A stretch of 64,000 bases of DNA, taken from NCBI GenBank assembly GCA_963674705.1, contig OY771506.1, positions 3,712,001 to 3,776,000 of the forward strand. The letters are read 5' to 3'. This document shows positions 57,619 to 64,000 of the stretch, in pieces. The notes beneath the pieces were generated by a model, which ran no database searches, had not been told where the DNA came from, and saw nothing but the letters and a program-made list of their open reading frames with translations. How positions within the stretch are numbered: the stretch's first letter is position 1; each line of letters begins with the position of its first letter. Position numbers and translations under genes: made by a program. This stretch comes from Phycisphaeraceae bacterium. Lineage in GTDB: Bacteria > Planctomycetota > Phycisphaerae > Phycisphaerales > Phycisphaeraceae.

Positions 57619-58740
57619 CTATTTTCGTTTGGATCTACTCAAACCGAGACCCAAGGCGATTGCGGTGAAAAAAATGCTTGAGGTGGGTTCGGGGATGGTG
57701 TCGTAGCTGACTACGGGGGGGATGCCTGTGTTCCAATGACTTAAAACGATATCCAGGTCAGCCAAGCCAACAAAACCATCAAGTGTCGGGTCAGCCGCTG
57801 AATTAGCGGGCGGAACGGTCCGGTTCCAGTTGGCGAGGATGATGTCAAGATCGTCCAGACCGACGAAGCCGTCAGCATTGAGATCGCCACGTAGGCCGTA
57901 GGTGAATACAGCGCCTGCGATGTCATCGGGATGTAGTTCGCGGTTGATCGTCTGGCAGCAGTAGGGCGCTTCGGGGTTGTCCCATTGGCCGACGTACATC
58001 ACGCGCTGGTCGGGATTTTCGCCGTCCCAATCCGGATGCCCCAGGCCGATCGCTGCGTGGCCAAGTTCATGAAGGATGAGTCCTTGCAGGTCGTTGGTGT
58101 ATGCGGGTATGGGCGTGATATCCTCGATACCCACGACGATGTCGAAGGTTGCGTTCAGGTTGAAGATGATGTCGCCGGCAAGTGGATCGTTGCCCGCAGG
58201 TCCGGGTGGTCCGAAGCCTACCGCGCCGACGTTGTTGAATGAATGACCCGCTTCGGGAAAGAAAGCGCCGATGCGTATGTCAGGTGAAGTTGCGCCGGCG
58301 GATGCAAACGGTTGGCCAAGATCGGTCATGGGACCGATGAACGTGATGTTTGCGACGGATGCCCATGTATCGAAAGCGGCTTGAATCGCGGTATCAAATG
58401 CGCCGCTGCCATGTAGGTTGTCGATGGCGTTGCGTAGTTGCGTGATGTTGCTGCCGCCGGTGACGCCTGTGGTGCCGGGGAAGGACCAAGGGTCCATTTC
58501 AAAGGTCGGGTCAGCGGTGGTGCCGTCGAGCATGTAGCCCCAGGTAACGACAGCGCCGGTGCCGAAGTTCGGATCGGGCCCCCATTTTGAGCCGTAGCCG
58601 TTGCCGAAGCTGTAGAACGCGGATGCGGTCTGTGATAACACGAGTACGCTGATTGCCGCAAGTATCAATTGACCAATCGCGGATTGGGTGACCTGCCGAT
58701 GTAGTCGTGAATTACCTGTACAAGAAAATGGCATCATCAA
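57619..58740 (-). CDS. Matrixin-like (M10) metalloprotease with a dockerin-like domain and PEP-CTERM
   Basis: AFDTWASVANITF, DIRIG, GDIIFN, HELGHAAIGLGH, Met-turn VMY, DDIAGA; GDLNADGFVGLDDLD; IPEP-TM-RSKRK. Confidence 0.87.
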   Translation of the reverse strand: MMMPFSCTGNSRLHRQVTQSAIGQLILAAISVLVLSQTASAFYSFGNGYGSKWGPDPNFGTGAVVTWGYMLDGTTADPTFEMDPWSFPGTTGVTGGSNITQLRNAIDNLHGSGAFDTAIQAAFDTWASVANITFIGPMTDLGQPFASAGATSPDIRIGAFFPEAGHSFNNVGAVGFGPPGPAGNDPLAGDIIFNLNATFDIVVGIEDITPIPAYTNDLQGLILHELGHAAIGLGHPDWDGENPDQRVMYVGQWDNPEAPYCCQTINRELHPDDIAGAVFTYGLRGDLNADGFVGLDDLDIILANWNRTVPPANSAADPTLDGFVGLADLDIVLSHWNTGIPPVVSYDTIPEPTSSIFFTAIALGLGLSRSKRK

Positions 58741-58864
58741 ACCTCCCGCCAGGGTTTGTTACGAACGCAACAGAATGTAATCATTTTAATTGCTGTGTGG
58801 TCATGGGATCAATCCTATTTTGGGGTATATGCTGGTAAGATTCCGTTAAAAACACGAGGATGTC

Positions 58865-59431
58865 ATGAGTTGTATCGAGATATTCAAATCGGCCGAAACA
58901 CCGCTGGAACTGGCGACAAAGATGGTGGCGTTGAGTCAGCGTATCTGGCCTCGGGATGCGTCGCCGGAAGAGGAGGCGCGTGCGGAAGCGGAGAAAGCGC
59001 GCAGTTTCGATGGGCCGGCGGACCAGGCGCCGATGTGTTACGCCATTGTTGAAAACGATGAGCCGATCGCGATCGCTTACACGTTTGCACGCCAGATCGA
59101 AACCTCGGGCGGGCTCATGACGATCATGGCGCTGGCGGGGGTGGCGGTTGATGAACCATATCGCGGCAAGGGGTTGGGCAAGCAGATAGTCAAGGCGGCG
59201 TTTGGGCGTGTGGACAAAGGCCTGTTCCCCTTCACCATCTTTCAAACCGGGCCGCAGAACAAGAGCTTTTATGAAAGACTTGGATGCGCGTCAGTAGACA
59301 ACAAGGTCGTTAATTCGCTTTCTGAGATGGATAAGGACGCTTCGCCCTTCTGGGAAGATGTCATCTTGCGTTATCCGGCAACGGGTGATTGGCCCGGCGG
59401 GATGATCGACCTGCTGGGGCCGGGGTATTGA
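58865..59431 (+). CDS. GNAT family N-acetyltransferase
   Basis: [22 protein letters not shown]. Confidence 0.88.
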   Translation: MSCIEIFKSAETPLELATKMVALSQRIWPRDASPEEEARAEAEKARSFDGPADQAPMCYAIVENDEPIAIAYTFARQIETSGGLMTIMALAGVAVDEPYRGKGLGKQIVKAAFGRVDKGLFPFTIFQTGPQNKSFYERLGCASVDNKVVNSLSEMDKDASPFWEDVILRYPATGDWPGGMIDLLGPGY

Positions 59432-59492
59432 CCGATACGAAGCAAGATCAATTCGTGTTAGAATGCGTGGCTCAAAACAAGGAAGCGAAAAT

Positions 59493-62300
<2,808 letters not shown>

Positions 62301-62446
62301 TATTCGGTTCTTGAAGCGACTGCCCGCACTGCGTCGCAGTGCGGTTAATAAAGAGTTGGTGTGATTCTGCGCGGCTTCTTTATTAGCTGCGATGCGACGC
62401 TTCGTAGGCAGATGGCCATTCATATGAAAGATGGAAGTTAAGACGG

Positions 62447-62478
62447 CCCTCACCCCGGCCCTCTCCCGAGGGGAGAGG
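62447..62478 (+). repeat. CCCTCACCCC-type REP (copy 4)
   Basis: ccctcaccccggccctctccc-ga-gggagaggg between convergent genes. Confidence 0.88.
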
Positions 62479-62506
62479 GAGGGGGGCAACAAGACATCGC
62501 TACAAT

Positions 62507-62538
62507 AAAAAAAACAACCCCGAGATGAATCGGGGTTG
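62507..62538 (-). terminator. Intrinsic terminator for the minus-strand membrane-protein genes
   Basis: caaccccga-gatgaa-tcggggttg with an A8 tract (T8 on the minus strand). Confidence 0.8.
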
Positions 62539-62567
62539 CAGGGTGGTTTTGATTGATCGTACTTTTG

Positions 62568-63299
62568 CTATGACTTCGAGGCTTGCGCCGGATTCGGATC
62601 GGGCCAGGTTTCCTGGAGGATCAAACCGATCACGGCGGGGACGAAGACCAGCAGGGGGACGACGAGCTGGCTGGCGGTGATGCCTGACTTGATGGAGTCG
62701 GACCAGGGATCGAAGCTTAATAGTAGTGCAAGTCCGCCTAGGACGGCGATGGTTGCGCCGCTGACGGAGGTGAAGAGGACGATTGAGAGTTTGAATAGGA
62801 TGAAGGCGAGCATGCCGCAGAGCATGAGGCCGACCAGTGCGCCGATCCAGTAGGCGTCGACGGGGATCTGCGTGTCGGCGGCTTTGTTGACGGCGGCGGC
62901 GATACCGGCCCAGAGGTTTGCACCGATGAATGCGCCGGTGATCCCGCCGAAGATGGCGATGGCGAACTTCATGAGCGGGAACGCGACGGCCGCGAGCAGC
63001 AGGCCCATGCAGCCGGCGACGATGAACGGCGCCTGGATCTGCTCACCGATCCAATAGCCTGCGAACATGCCGATGAGCAGGGCGATCAGGACAGTGGAAG
63101 TCTTGTAGAAGCGGTAGCCGTTGAGCATGCAAAGCAGGCCGACGATCAGGAAGACGACCGCCCAGATCGCGCTGAGCGCCTGGAGGTTCTCGACCAGCGC
63201 TTCGGGTTGAGCGAGCGCGTCAGGTCGGGAGAACATCGCGGTGACGGTGTCGAAAAGATTTTGCAGCGGGCCTTGGGCTGATTTTGCGAGGATAAGCAT
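62568..63299 (-). CDS. Seven-TM membrane protein, DUF4203-like
   Basis: GLLCMLNGYRFYK, Gly-rich TM segments, FTSVSGA; AAGGAG upstream. Confidence 0.75.
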   Translation of the reverse strand: MLILAKSAQGPLQNLFDTVTAMFSRPDALAQPEALVENLQALSAIWAVVFLIVGLLCMLNGYRFYKTSTVLIALLIGMFAGYWIGEQIQAPFIVAGCMGLLLAAVAFPLMKFAIAIFGGITGAFIGANLWAGIAAAVNKAADTQIPVDAYWIGALVGLMLCGMLAFILFKLSIVLFTSVSGATIAVLGGLALLLSFDPWSDSIKSGITASQLVVPLLVFVPAVIGLILQETWPDPNPAQASKS

Positions 63300-63374
63300 C
63301 GAACGACTCCTTTGCACGTCCGTACGTCTTGCGCAGCGGTAATCAGGCGCACCGGTTACCAGGCTGGCTTCGAC

Positions 63375-64000
63375 CTATTTATCGGTTTTACGCTTGAAGA
63401 TCGTCCACTGGACGGCGAGCCCGGCCACGGTTATCAGACCCAGGCAGATCAAAACCCCGCGTGGCGTGGCAGGAAGCCATGTGAGATGTTCGGGCATGAG
63501 TTGAGCGAGAAGTGAGAACAAGCTGAAGAGGATGAGCACCGCACCCGCGACGGTGGACTGGATGGAGGCGGCTTTGTAGGGCGCGATTAACCCAAGCAGC
63601 AGGCCGATGACTGCGGAGATTAACCCGATGAGCATCATGCCGCCACGAGCGCCCGCACCGGCTTCAGACCACCATTGGGCGAATTGTCCACGATAGTAAG
63701 CGGCGAGGCTGCGCAGTGCTTCCAGGATAACGGAGCCGACTTTGCGCGCGGTTTCATTATCCAGTGTGAGTTCAGCGATGGTTTTGCCGTCCTCGTCGGT
63801 TTCGATGGCGGTGTTCATCCCTTCGCGGAATTGATCGGTGATGTCGCCCAGCGGGATATCGATGCTGATGCTGTCGTCTTGGTCGGCTGAATCGGTGAGT
63901 TGATGGGATTCGGTTGCGGCGTCGGGGGATTCGGATTCGGCAGACTCCGGGGGCGCGCCTTGCAGGAGCATGACGACGCCGGCGGCGGCGAGGCCGAAGA
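63375..64000 (-). CDS. Membrane protein with an acidic loop, 5'-truncated by the window edge
   Basis: Frame stays open to the edge (FGLAAAGVVMLLQ); STVAGA resembles TSVSGA of the neighbouring gene. Confidence 0.7.
   Translation of the reverse strand, partial: FGLAAAGVVMLLQGAPPESAESESPDAATESHQLTDSADQDDSISIDIPLGDITDQFREGMNTAIETDEDGKTIAELTLDNETARKVGSVILEALRSLAAYYRGQFAQWWSEAGAGARGGMMLIGLISAVIGLLLGLIAPYKAASIQSTVAGAVLILFSLFSLLAQLMPEHLTWLPATPRGVLICLGLITVAGLAVQWTIFKRKTDK

Overview
Window from a GC-rich bacterium whose gene content points to Planctomycetota, probably Phycisphaerae (inferred from PEP-CTERM+dockerin proteins, CxxC...CPxCG membrane proteins, GS-III and animal-type transketolase). Housekeeping genes: corA, mscS, recA, transketolase, cysteine desulfurase, alaC-like aminotransferase, Nif3/YqfO, orphan rpsR, glutamine synthetase III, acnA. 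Accessory modules: (1) a four-gene minus-strand operon in which three transporters (two tandem CPA2 antiporters, one APC permease) each carry a fused PTS EIIA domain with an intact His, with a GT-C-like membrane protein in the middle; (2) a receiver-like protein ending in a FliM-like peptide, coupled to a diguanylate cyclase; (3) a divergent glycosylation cluster (GT4, BtrN-like radical SAM, O-antigen-ligase-like, GT2 | methyltransferase, ArnT-like) in which four of six proteins end in Ala-Ala, a possible ClpXP degron, behind sigma-28-like promoter motifs; (4) six PEP-CTERM proteins, four with a dockerin-like domain, including three tandem repeat proteins. Small repeats are abundant: several REP/REPIN-like families (one nested in another), 7-nt-periodic arrays (one in-frame inside acnA) and a CCCCCGGAAGT unit found both as a tandem array and inserted in a REP. 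No rRNA, tRNA, CRISPR array or transposase was recognised. All calls come from reading motifs by eye; no searches were run.
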